64,000 bases of DNA from Spirochaetia bacterium. GTDB taxonomy: Bacteria; Spirochaetota; Spirochaetia; SZUA-6; Bin103. The DNA is taken from assembly GCA_965208575.1 (NCBI GenBank), contig CBDBOV010000006.1, forward strand, positions 768,001 through 832,000. The letters run 5' to 3'. Positions 10,069-20,825 of the stretch are shown piece by piece. A program made the position numbers and the translations under genes. The notes under the pieces are model-generated. The model ran no database searches. It was not told the DNA's origin and saw nothing but the letters and a program-made list of their open reading frames with translations. Position 1 is the first letter of the stretch; each line of letters opens with the position of its first letter.

Positions 10069-11001
10069 TTATTTCCGTTTCCTGGTCGCAGCGCCGTAAC
10101 TGCCCTCACCCCCTCGCAGCCGCGGGTCGAGCAGGTCCCGCACCGCGTCGCCGAACATGTTGAGGCAGTACACCGTCACCGTCAGGAACAGCCCCGGCCA
10201 CATCGCCAGCCGCGGCGCCACCTCCATGAACTCACGCCCTTCCCGGCTGAGCAGACCTCCCCAACTGGGAACCTCTACTGGCAGACCGAATCCCAGGAAG
10301 CTCAAGCTGGCCTCACTCATAATCACCCCTCCGACGCTGATGCTGAAGATGATGATCAAGACAGGCATGATATTGGGCAGGACGTGGCGCATCAGTGTCG
10401 CGGTGCCGCCGCTGCCAATTGCCGGGGCCGCCAGGAAATAGTCGTTCTCCTTGATGCCGATAACCGCGGACCTGACTATTCTCGAGCTGCCGATGCCTCC
10501 TGTTATCCCCAGGACCAGTATTATCTGCAACACACCGCGCCCCGTTATGGACATCACGGTCAACAAGATGAGCAGCCCGGGGAAGGCCATCCAGGCATCG
10601 ACAAATCTCTGCACAGCCAGGTCCAATTTGCCACCAAGGAATCCTGAGATGCCGCCTATCAGGGTAGCGACCACCACATTGATAGCGGTCGCCGCCAGAC
10701 CGACAAATATGGAAAGACGAGCCCCTGCGATGATGCGGCTCAAGAGGTCTCTCCCCAACTGGTCGGTGCCCAGCAGATACCGGGCTGATGAGCCCTGCAG
10801 CCTGTCTGCGAGGTGCATTTCCGCGTGTGGATAGGGTGCCAGAGCATCGGCAAAGATGCTGACGAGAATCAGTATCAATATGATGATCCCGCTGACCGTA
10901 CCGAGCGGCTTCTCCTTGACCATTCTGATAGAGAAATCGGCCAGTTGGGAACGTCTCTTTGCTGCGATTGCTGCTGATGGTAGCCCGACTGCGTCGCTCA
11001 C
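10069..11001 (-). CDS. ABC permease, DppC/OppC-like
   Basis: LGTDQLGRDLLSR, HVLPN, SLSFLGFG, SWGG, GDAVRDLLDPR. Confidence 0.92.
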   Translation of the reverse strand: MSDAVGLPSAAIAAKRRSQLADFSIRMVKEKPLGTVSGIIILILILVSIFADALAPYPHAEMHLADRLQGSSARYLLGTDQLGRDLLSRIIAGARLSIFVGLAATAINVVVATLIGGISGFLGGKLDLAVQRFVDAWMAFPGLLILLTVMSITGRGVLQIILVLGITGGIGSSRIVRSAVIGIKENDYFLAAPAIGSGGTATLMRHVLPNIMPVLIIIFSISVGGVIMSEASLSFLGFGLPVEVPSWGGLLSREGREFMEVAPRLAMWPGLFLTVTVYCLNMFGDAVRDLLDPRLRGGEGSYGAATRKRK

Positions 11002-11010
11002 ATGCCCTCT

Positions 11011-12024
11011 CTAACTGTAGCGGACCCTGGGGTCCAAATAGAAATAGACCACATCGATGGCCAGGTTGACTGCCAAGACCCCGGTGGCGAAAAACAGATT
11101 CACTCCGGAGACCACCGGGTAGTCTCGCTCGGTGAGGGCGAACACCATGAGGCGACCTATCCCGGGCAGGTTGAATATGGTCTCCATGATGACGGAGCCA
11201 CCTATCAGGATAGGCAACTGCAGACCTATCAAGGTAACCACCGGGATGAGGGCATTCTTGATGGCGTGCCGCACAATAACGACCCTCTCCTTGAGCCCCT
11301 TGGACCAGGCGGTCCTGATATAGTCTTGCCTGAGCACCTCCAGCATCATGGTGCGGGTCAAGCGCATGGTCGCTGCGGCCGAGGCAGTCCCCAGAATCAG
11401 GCTGGGAACGAATAACCCGGCGAGACTTCCCAGTGGGTCTTCGATAAAAGGAATGTATTCCAGAGGGGGCGCCCAGCCCCACCATATTACGGGGAAGATC
11501 ATGACCATCAGGGCCAGCCAGAAGTTCGGCGTAGCCAGGCCGATGACGGCCGCGGTGCGCCCCAGGTAGTCGGCGGCGGTATCCTGGCGAATCGCCGAGT
11601 AGATGCCGACGGGCAGTGCTATCACGAGCCCGATGACCACCGCCATGATGCCAAGCTGAATGGTCACCGGCAATCTACCGAATATCTCCTGTTCTACCGT
11701 CACATGCGAGGTGACCAGTGATTCGCCAAGGGTGCCCTGGAGGAGACCTCTGAAGTGGGACTCACCGGTAATCCAGTCAGGGGTCGGCAACACTCCCATC
11801 CAGCGTCCGTACTGCACGTGGGCAGGCACGTCCAGTCCCAGCAAACGCTCCATGGCTTCACGGTCAATCGTGTCCATTCCTCCGAACCCTGAGATTTCCG
11901 CATTCAGCGCCATCATGTCTACCACGTTGCCCGGCAGGAAGCGGACCAAGAGAAAGACCAGAGTGGTCAATATCCACAAGGTAGGGATTATGAGCAGTAA
12001 CCGCCTGATGATATAGGCTCGCAT
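11011..12024 (-). CDS. ABC permease, DppB/OppB-like
   Basis: YIIRRLL, RLPVT, QDYIRTAWSKGL, HAIKNA, RDYPV, LDPRVRY. Confidence 0.92.
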   Translation of the reverse strand: MRAYIIRRLLLIIPTLWILTTLVFLLVRFLPGNVVDMMALNAEISGFGGMDTIDREAMERLLGLDVPAHVQYGRWMGVLPTPDWITGESHFRGLLQGTLGESLVTSHVTVEQEIFGRLPVTIQLGIMAVVIGLVIALPVGIYSAIRQDTAADYLGRTAAVIGLATPNFWLALMVMIFPVIWWGWAPPLEYIPFIEDPLGSLAGLFVPSLILGTASAAATMRLTRTMMLEVLRQDYIRTAWSKGLKERVVIVRHAIKNALIPVVTLIGLQLPILIGGSVIMETIFNLPGIGRLMVFALTERDYPVVSGVNLFFATGVLAVNLAIDVVYFYLDPRVRYS

Positions 12025-12109
12025 GTGGCAGGTCGCGCCCTTCTACACAGCGTTTGTGGAAGCGGGAGGCGCGCCTGCAGCGACCGCCTCCCGGCCCCCT
12101 TTTTCTGCC

Positions 12110-13936
12110 CTAAAAACCCATTGCTTCCTTCATCTCCTGGTCAATCCAGATGCGGGCTAAGTGTTTGTGTCCCTCGGAATAAGATCCCAGTTCGCCGTTA
12201 TAACCTTTGACCCACGGCTGCGTTGCCTGGTACTGGGGGGTTTCAGGCCCCACTATCTTGAAATGCTGTTCTGTGATGTACATGTTTATTTCTTTTGCCA
12301 GCCTATGCATCTCCTCGATGGTGGTAGCGGCCATGACGGCGTCAGCCATGGCGTCATATTTGGGGTCGTTCAAGTGGCCGGTGCTGAGATTGCCTTTATA
12401 GAATTGATTTGTCAGACGGTCGGGGATACCATACCTGAAGGCCGCTTCCCCCCAACGAATTATGTACCTGTCCTGATCTGGATCATTATACATCGCGGTG
12501 ACTTCGGCTGACCCACCAGCCAAGACATCAGTCTGCGTGTCCACGCCAATCTCGCGCCAGTATCCGGCGACCAATTGCGCATAGCTCACATCGTACCGTT
12601 CGAAGTAGCCCATGCTCATCGTGAACCTGATACCGTCGGCGCCGCGCGGATAACCGGCCGCATCAAGCAACGCTTCGGCTCCCTCCGGGTCATACCTGTA
12701 GGTTTTCTTGACCGCTTCGGGCCACTCCTCGAATGGCGTGCCAATGCCCGGCACATCATTGGCGAAATGTCCCTGCGGAGTCGCATCGCCATAACCCTTG
12801 AAGTAGGTAGCTACAATGGTCTCGAGGTCCAGTGCCATCTGCAGTGCCTGGCGCACGCGGAGGTCATTCAAGGGCGGTATGTCCATACGGACGATATAGA
12901 ATGCGTTATCGGACCGAAACTTGAACGACCACAGCTTGATTTCCGGGTCGGTCCGCTGCAGGCTCTCTATCTGGTCGATCGACCTTAATGTACTGGCGCC
13001 GGGACCTAGCATATCAACCTTACCCGTGCGCAGAGCCGCGAGACGGGTTGCTGACTCCGCCATCCGCAAGGCCCTTATCTCGTCAGCATAGGGCAGACGG
13101 TTCTCCGGGTATTTTTCGTCGAACCCCCAGTAGTTGGGAGTCTTGGTCCAGGTCCTGGAGCTACCTTCGACCACCTCCGTCAGCTCATAGGGTCCGGTGC
13201 CGACCGTGTTCCGCCAATCCTGATAGTCGCCGTGTTGCTCGATGACCTCCGGAGGCATTACCGTAGCCGATCCACCCCAGCCGTAGCCGATAAAGAGTTT
13301 CACGGCGCTGAGGTTTGGCCTCTCCAGCTTGACGACCATCGTATACTTGTCGGTGGCCGTTACCGATTCGATCGGCAAAGCTACGAGGTTACGTGCCGCT
13401 GGGGTAGGTTCGGCTTCACTGAACGCGGTCCCTGCCAACTTGTTCCCCAAATAGCGGTGAAAGTTGTATTCTACGTCCTCGGCGGTGAGCTCCCGGCCGT
13501 TCATCGGCGCCTTGTCATGCCAGTGAACGCCCCTGCGGATGTTGAAGATAATGGTGGTATCGTCGGGCGTTTCCCAGCTTTCCGCCAGTGCCCCTCCTAT
13601 GGCCCATGCAGGTGTCTCTGCGAAGATCCGCCAGTTCCAGACGTCCCTGTCGTTTCCCCAGTCCCACATGGCGAGCTGCTCGTTAACCAAGCCGGTGCTG
13701 TCTTTCGCGTGGCCGTACCAGTCATCAACGTTGGTGCCCCAACTGACCAGGCCGTAGGTTAGTGTCCCGCCATACCGCGGCGCCTCCACCATCTCGCCGG
13801 TGGTCGGGTCGAGCACCATTTCCTTCTCGGCGGCGGCTGCCGGCTCCTCGTCTGCGCCCGCGGCCCAGAGGCCGGTTGCGGTCAGAACCAGGACCACCGC
13901 AACCGCGAAGGTCCTCGCAACTTGTACAATAAGCAT
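12110..13936 (-). CDS. ABC substrate-binding protein, family 5
   Basis: Start reassigned to MLIVQ (13936) by RBS ggag and paralog alignment; family-5 motifs. Confidence 0.92.
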   Translation of the reverse strand: MLIVQVARTFAVAVVLVLTATGLWAAGADEEPAAAAEKEMVLDPTTGEMVEAPRYGGTLTYGLVSWGTNVDDWYGHAKDSTGLVNEQLAMWDWGNDRDVWNWRIFAETPAWAIGGALAESWETPDDTTIIFNIRRGVHWHDKAPMNGRELTAEDVEYNFHRYLGNKLAGTAFSEAEPTPAARNLVALPIESVTATDKYTMVVKLERPNLSAVKLFIGYGWGGSATVMPPEVIEQHGDYQDWRNTVGTGPYELTEVVEGSSRTWTKTPNYWGFDEKYPENRLPYADEIRALRMAESATRLAALRTGKVDMLGPGASTLRSIDQIESLQRTDPEIKLWSFKFRSDNAFYIVRMDIPPLNDLRVRQALQMALDLETIVATYFKGYGDATPQGHFANDVPGIGTPFEEWPEAVKKTYRYDPEGAEALLDAAGYPRGADGIRFTMSMGYFERYDVSYAQLVAGYWREIGVDTQTDVLAGGSAEVTAMYNDPDQDRYIIRWGEAAFRYGIPDRLTNQFYKGNLSTGHLNDPKYDAMADAVMAATTIEEMHRLAKEINMYITEQHFKIVGPETPQYQATQPWVKGYNGELGSYSEGHKHLARIWIDQEMKEAMGF

Positions 13937-14130
13937 GCGTAACTCCATATATGGATTTCTTGAGAGTATTACGAAGCGACTTGTCGCTCCCTGGCTACTC
14001 TCACGCCGGCAACGCAGGCGGCCAGTCAGAGTCCAACTCACTAACAGCGCGCGGCGGGTGACTCACCGGGTTCACCCGGGCTCACGCCGCGCGCGCGTGC
14101 GGTTCTTTCAGTATCATCCTGCACCCTTGG
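13937..14130 (-). promoter_or_regulatory. Conserved structured 5' leader, copy B (micro-ORF MILKEPHARAA at 14082-14117)
   Basis: P1 about 14047-14094, P2 14004-14020, P3 13962-14002. Confidence 0.75.
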
Positions 14131-14335
14131 GGTGAGGCCGCCGTAGGAGGCGGCGCAAGGTCACGCCGGGGGCGCCAGTATCGCGAGGCGTCTCGGGACC
14201 GGCTCGGCGACTCGAAAGGGCCGGCGCCACCAATAGCTGCGGCGACTGCGGCGGTGGTAAACGCGACGGCGTGCGCGGGGCTGCGCACGCCGCGGTCATC
14301 CGGAGCGGGTAGCTGTTTCTCGTATAAAGAGTTAC

Positions 14336-14455
14336 GGGGGGGCTGATGCTTCACTGCGAGCCGGCAACGGCGCTGACTATCTTTCCGGCACGATGCGCCC
14401 ATCTATCAATTGCCCCAGTCAACCGTATGCTCACACGCGCAGGCAAACTTGTCAA
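14336..14455 (-). promoter_or_regulatory. Upstream promoter module: TTGACA-N17-GAGCAT, conserved gtcagcgc block, C7 tract
   Basis: Near-identical promoter at 23905-23933 and 33475-33503. Confidence 0.65.
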
Positions 14456-14562
14456 CCGCCCACCCGTCCCGGCCGTCGCGGTCCGCCTGCCGTGGAGAAG
14501 ACTCTTGTATGCCAATATCTTCTGCGATAATCTGAGGGAGATTTCCGTATAGGAGAGTTATC

Positions 14563-15786
14563 CTGAATCTGATCCCGCGACCCCTGTACACCGAGCGCAT
14601 CCTGCCGTTCATGAACAAGCCGCTCATCAAGGTGATTACGGGAGTCAGGCGAGCCGGCAAGAGCGCGCTCATTCAACTGCTGATCGACCACCTCACCGCG
14701 GGCGGCGTCCCGGCCGAGAACATTCTGAGCATCAACATGGAATCGCTGGAGTTCGAGGCGCTCGGCGACTACCGGAAACTCTACGACCATGTCCGCCGCC
14801 ACCTGCCGGACACCACGGAGTCCTACCTGTTCGTGGATGAGGTGCAAAACGTCGTCGGGTGGGAGCGGGCGATCGCGTCGGTTCTCGCCGATGGGTTGGC
14901 GGACGTCACGATCAGTGGGTCGAACGCGCGGCTACTGTCGTCGGATCTTGCCACCCGGCTCACGGGGCGGTACGTCGAGATTCCGGTGTATCCGTTGCTG
15001 TTCTCGGAGTTCATCCGATTCCAGGGAATAGAACCGAGCTCACCCGATGTTCGGGGGGCCTGGGACCGCTTCCTGCGCTATGGCGGGTTCCCGGGCATTC
15101 GCTACTTGAGCCTGGAGGATGAGCCGGTATTCGCCTACCTCAACTCGCTCTACCATACGATCGTGCTGAAGGACGTGGTCAATCGGCACCAAGTCAGAGA
15201 GCCGGCCCAGCTCGATGGCATTACGCGCTTTCTGTTCGACAACTGCGGCAACATCACCACGGCCAAGCGCATGACCGACTACATGAAGGCGCAGGGGCTG
15301 AGCGTATCCCTGTCGCGCGTGCAGAACTACCTCTCCTACCTGGAGGAGGCGTTCCTGGTATTCCGCTGCCGGCGGTACGACCTGAAGGGCATGCGCCACC
15401 TGGAACTGTACGACAAGTTCTACATGACCGACATCGGCATCCGGCACGGCCTGGTTGGCTACCGGGACAACGACCTTGCCGGGTTGCTCGAGAACGTGGT
15501 CTACCTGGAACTGCGCGCCCGTGGATACACGGTCAGCGTCGGCAAGTTCCGGGACTACGAGATCGACTTCGTCGCCGAGCGGCGGACCGAACGACTCTAC
15601 GTCCAGGTGTGCTACTCGCTGTCGAGTGAGGAGACGGTCGAGCGGGAGTACCGGTCACTCAGGCGGGTGCCCGATAACCATCCCAAGCTGGTCCTGTCAC
15701 TCGATACCGTGCAGCCGGCCAACCGTGGCGGCATTCGATGGCAGAATCTTGTCGATTTCCTGCTCAAGAACCCTCCGGTCGGGTGA
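14563..15786 (+). CDS. ATP-binding protein (AAA_14 plus DUF4143)
   Basis: ITGVRRAGKS, FVDEVQ, SGSNARLLS, YGGFP, LENVVYLEL, EIDF; family N-terminus (IPRPLY..I.PF) lies upstream of ATG 14611, suggesting a CTG start at 14563. Confidence 0.85.
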   Translation: MNLIPRPLYTERILPFMNKPLIKVITGVRRAGKSALIQLLIDHLTAGGVPAENILSINMESLEFEALGDYRKLYDHVRRHLPDTTESYLFVDEVQNVVGWERAIASVLADGLADVTISGSNARLLSSDLATRLTGRYVEIPVYPLLFSEFIRFQGIEPSSPDVRGAWDRFLRYGGFPGIRYLSLEDEPVFAYLNSLYHTIVLKDVVNRHQVREPAQLDGITRFLFDNCGNITTAKRMTDYMKAQGLSVSLSRVQNYLSYLEEAFLVFRCRRYDLKGMRHLELYDKFYMTDIGIRHGLVGYRDNDLAGLLENVVYLELRARGYTVSVGKFRDYEIDFVAERRTERLYVQVCYSLSSEETVEREYRSLRRVPDNHPKLVLSLDTVQPANRGGIRWQNLVDFLLKNPPVG

Positions 15787-15814
15787 GACGACGCCGCTGG
15801 AGGTCCTCGGGGTT

Positions 15815-15844
15815 TTGACCAGTGAGCCGCGTCCCTGCTACTGT
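15815..15844 (+). promoter_or_regulatory. Sigma70-type promoter of a probably leaderless mRNA
   Basis: TTGACC-N18-(TG)cTACTGT, then 7 nt to ATG 15852; no SD. Confidence 0.55.
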
Positions 15845-15851
15845 GGTTGGC

Positions 15852-16418
15852 ATGAACTCATCCAACGAGCAGATTGTCTTTGCAGACAGCTTCGCCGGCG
15901 AACTGGGAGAAGGCTGGTCGTGGCTGCGGGAGAACCCGGACTGTTGGCGCATCAAGGATGGCGGCGTGGAGATTCGCGTCGAGCCCGGTGTGGCGGAGAC
16001 CGTCAGGAATGCGCTGGTGCGGCAGGCGCCGGACCGTAGCCAGGGCACATTCGCCATCGAAGTGACGATTACCAACCACGCTCTCCCCACCCAACAGTAC
16101 GAGCAGGCGGGCATCACCTGGTACAACGACGGCACACCGGTGTTCAAGGAGGTCAAGGAACTTATCGATGGCGAACTCTACGTCATCCCCGGCAAGCAGC
16201 CGATGCCGACCAGGAGCGTCCGACTGCGCCTGCTGGTTACCGCGGATACCTGGGAGGCCCAGTATCGCCCGCACGGCGACACCGAGTTCCAGACCGCCGC
16301 GACCGGCGAACTTCCGCCGCCAGCCAACGACCAGGTGAGCATCCAGTGCTACAACGGCCCGGCGGATGAAGAGCATTGGATTCGCTTCGAGAACTTCTGC
16401 GTCAAGCGACTATCGTAA
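15852..16418 (+). CDS. Hypothetical beta-sandwich protein (DUF1349/concanavalin-like)
   Basis: DSFAGELGEGWSWLRE...YEQAGI...WIRFENF pattern; typical codon usage; a decayed copy exists at about 24000. Confidence 0.65.
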   Translation: MNSSNEQIVFADSFAGELGEGWSWLRENPDCWRIKDGGVEIRVEPGVAETVRNALVRQAPDRSQGTFAIEVTITNHALPTQQYEQAGITWYNDGTPVFKEVKELIDGELYVIPGKQPMPTRSVRLRLLVTADTWEAQYRPHGDTEFQTAATGELPPPANDQVSIQCYNGPADEEHWIRFENFCVKRLS

Positions 16419-16467
16419 CAGTGTTCACCGTCGGCTCCCGCAAGCTGCCGGAGTGCCCTGAACTGTC

Positions 16468-17883
<1,416 letters not shown>

Positions 17884-17969
17884 AAGTGATCGACGTACTG
17901 ACCGTGGCTGCCTGACTGCCCTTCAACCGGGGCTTCGGCGTTGTCCCGAGCAGGGGGGAGGGTGCGCGG

Positions 17970-19763
17970 TCAGCGCCGCACCTCGTCGCAGAACACCAGC
18001 TCCCAGCCGTGGAACACCACGACCAGGCCGATGAAGGTCACCCCCGGAAACTGCCGCGCCAGCCGCTCATCCGCCAGGTAGCGCTCGAGCTGCGCCGTCG
18101 CCTCTCCGGCCGCCGCCGCCACGCCGGCGTCGTCCGCCGGCCCGCTGCGCTGCAAGCGCCCACGCCGCTTGAGGTACTTGAGCTCGATCAGGTAGCCGCG
18201 CTGCAGGTGCGGATAGCGCGCCACCAGCGGCTCGAGCGCGATGTCCGCGTGTCCCTTTCCCAGTTCCGCCTCCGACCGGAACACGTAGTGGTCGGTCACG
18301 CTCAGATAGGCGGCGAGGAATCCTAAAGCCCCGGTACGGGGCTCAAGCACCTTCTCGCCACTGATGTAGTCGCGTATTCCGGTCTGCCGGGAGATCGCCT
18401 CGCTCAGGAACTCCAGTACCGGTCGCCACCCGCCCTCGTTGGCCATCCGCATCATCAACTGCTCAAACCGGAACAGGTTTACTGAAAACACCCCCACGTC
18501 GCGGTAGGCGTCGCGCAGAAACCCGTACATCAGCCGCTTCACGGTCTGGTTCGGGATCGCCAGCCGGGGCACCCGCTCCACCACGTCGCGGATGCTCAGC
18601 AGTCCGAAGTAGTGCAGCAGGGAGAAGAAGTTCTCCTGCTTGGTGAGGTCCTTCAGCGGAAAGCCGGGCTGGATGCGGGTGTCCACCTGCTCCTCGCCGA
18701 TCAAGTCCCTCAGCAGGTCGAAGTTGCCGTTGAGCTGCCGCCCGGTCACCAGCAGGTGACGCAGCTTGCCGTAGTCGATGCGCACGTTGGTGTCGATCAG
18801 TTCATCCGGCACCTCTCGGTTGGGAATCGAGTTGTCCAGGTAATACAGCACCATGTCGGTGTTGTAGAGATCGGTCTCGGCTGCCTTGGCGAAGCGGTAG
18901 CCGTTGTACCATTCGCCCATGATGCCCATGGCGGTCTCGACCTTCTGGTTGAACACGCCCAGGCCGCGGTACGTGTCGACCAGGTGCCGGACCTCCGCCT
19001 CGGTGAAGCCGACCATCTCGTTGAAGTCCGGGTGCAGGCTGATGTTCTTGCCGATGTTGAAGCCGCTGGTGACGTCGTCCATCGTGATCGGCGATACGCC
19101 GGTGATGAACAGCCGTTCCAGCCCGCCGCCGCTGCGCCCCGCCCCGGACTTGAGGGTGGCGAAGAAGTTGCGATAGAAGCCGCCGCCGTGGGTGAACGAG
19201 TGGTACGCCTCGGCGCCGTGGTACGCCAGCACGGTGTTGGCGAAGTTGTCGTACTCGTCGATGATCACGTACAGCGGGATGTCGTGGTCGCCGGCGTACC
19301 GGAACAACACCCCGAGCTTGGCGCTAATGGAGGGCCGCGTGAGGATGCGCTGCACCGCCGCGTCGGGAAACAGGTCGGGATGCCGCTCCAGCGTCCCCTG
19401 CAGCTCCGTGTGGCAGTAGATCTCGAACTCCCGCTCCAGGGTTTCCAGCTTGTCGTTGACGGTTGAAAAGTCGAAGCGCAGGGTGACGTAGCGGCTCTGT
19501 TCCCCGGTCGGGTCTCCGCCGATGTCGGTGCCGGCGAAGGTGGCGTCGAAGCCTTCCGCCCAGAAGCGGTCGTAGTAGTTCTCCAAGATCGACGCCCAGA
19601 GGGACTTGCCGAAGCGGCGCGGGCGGATCAGGAAGGCGTAGCGCTCCTCCTCGAGGCGGCGCAGGAAGCGGGTCTTGTCGACGTACAGCCACCGGTTCAG
19701 GCGGATGCGCCTGAAGTCGGCCTCGCCGTAGGGAATGCGCGGGTGCGTGGGTGGCGTTCTCAC
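17970..19763 (-). CDS. AAA-ATPase-like plus PD-(D/E)XK nuclease protein
   Basis: IPYGEADF, RPRRFGKS, IIDEYD, GHADI...IELKY; paralog of 45768..47528. Confidence 0.9.
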   Translation of the reverse strand: MRTPPTHPRIPYGEADFRRIRLNRWLYVDKTRFLRRLEEERYAFLIRPRRFGKSLWASILENYYDRFWAEGFDATFAGTDIGGDPTGEQSRYVTLRFDFSTVNDKLETLEREFEIYCHTELQGTLERHPDLFPDAAVQRILTRPSISAKLGVLFRYAGDHDIPLYVIIDEYDNFANTVLAYHGAEAYHSFTHGGGFYRNFFATLKSGAGRSGGGLERLFITGVSPITMDDVTSGFNIGKNISLHPDFNEMVGFTEAEVRHLVDTYRGLGVFNQKVETAMGIMGEWYNGYRFAKAAETDLYNTDMVLYYLDNSIPNREVPDELIDTNVRIDYGKLRHLLVTGRQLNGNFDLLRDLIGEEQVDTRIQPGFPLKDLTKQENFFSLLHYFGLLSIRDVVERVPRLAIPNQTVKRLMYGFLRDAYRDVGVFSVNLFRFEQLMMRMANEGGWRPVLEFLSEAISRQTGIRDYISGEKVLEPRTGALGFLAAYLSVTDHYVFRSEAELGKGHADIALEPLVARYPHLQRGYLIELKYLKRRGRLQRSGPADDAGVAAAAGEATAQLERYLADERLARQFPGVTFIGLVVVFHGWELVFCDEVRR

Positions 19764-19916
19764 TGCCGAAGCCTGGGCACTGACTCTATCGTCTCCAAGG
19801 AGCGAGGTGCAATGGCGGCAATCGAGTCGGCACAGGAGAGAATCGTGTTCAGACCGTAGACTCCGATAGAGCTGATCGATCAGCGCCGCGTCGTGCCGCT
19901 GCCACGGTCAGCACAG

Positions 19917-20822
19917 TCACACGGCATCGGCGCCGAGACGACCGCCGCCACCGCGCAGCCGCGGGTCGAGCAGGTCTCTGAGGGCGTCACCCAACATGTT
20001 GAAACTGTACACCACGGTCGTCAGGCACAGCCCCGGCCAGAGCGCCAGCCAGGGGGCCTGCTCCATGTACTTGCGCCCTTCCCGGCTGAGCATGCCGCCC
20101 CAGTCAGGAATGCCCGGTGGCAGACCGTAGCCGAGGAAGCCCAGAGCAGCCAACGACATGATCACCCCGCCGATGTTGATCGAGAACACAATGATGACCG
20201 GTGCCATGATGTTGGGCAGGACATGGCGGCTCAGGATCTTGCTGGTGGGGGTGCCCACGGCCTGGGCCGCCAGAAAATAGTCGTTCTCCTTGATGCCGAT
20301 CACCGCGCTTCTCATGACCCTCGAGCCGCTGATGCCTCCGGCGATCCCCAGGACCACGATGATCTGGGGGAGACCCCTTCCCACAATGGACATGATGGTG
20401 AGCAAGAGCAACAATCCCGGAAACGCCATCCAGGCATCGACAAAGCGCTGCACCGCCAGATCCAATCTGCCCCCGAGAAATCCGGAAGTGCCGCCGACCA
20501 GGACAGCGACCACGATATTCAGCGCAGTCGCGGCCACACCGACGAGGACGGAGATACGAGCCCCGAAGATCAGCCGGCTGAGCAGGTCTCGTCCGGCCTG
20601 GTCGGTACCCAGAAGATACTGCGACGACGGGCCTGCAAGCCTGTCGACCAGGTGAATCTCCTTGTGGGAATAAGGCGCCAGCACGTCGGCAAAGATCGCC
20701 ACCAAGAGAAATATCACTATGATGATCCCGGACAACGTACCGAGCGGCTTCTCCTTGACAAGCCTGATCCCGAAATCAGCCAGCCGGGAACGTCTCCTTG
20801 GATCACCCATGCTCGCCGTCAT
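19917..20822 (-). CDS. ABC permease, DppC-like
   Basis: LGTDQAGRD, HVLPN, GDALRDLLDPR. Confidence 0.92.
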   Translation of the reverse strand: MTASMGDPRRRSRLADFGIRLVKEKPLGTLSGIIIVIFLLVAIFADVLAPYSHKEIHLVDRLAGPSSQYLLGTDQAGRDLLSRLIFGARISVLVGVAATALNIVVAVLVGGTSGFLGGRLDLAVQRFVDAWMAFPGLLLLLTIMSIVGRGLPQIIVVLGIAGGISGSRVMRSAVIGIKENDYFLAAQAVGTPTSKILSRHVLPNIMAPVIIVFSINIGGVIMSLAALGFLGYGLPPGIPDWGGMLSREGRKYMEQAPWLALWPGLCLTTVVYSFNMLGDALRDLLDPRLRGGGGRLGADAV

Positions 20823-20825
20823 CCG

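Noticed and set aside
13937-14041. 35-aa N-terminal extension of the SBP in ORF 12110..14041
   Set aside because: Overlaps the conserved leader hairpins; RBS and paralogs place the start at 13936.
14370-14460. Resemblance of the upstream module to a hammerhead (tgat..stem..gaaa) or c-di-GMP-I (ggcaaac) motif
   Set aside because: CUGANGA core and GNRA/receptor elements are not present; ggcaaac is the promoter spacer on the opposite strand.
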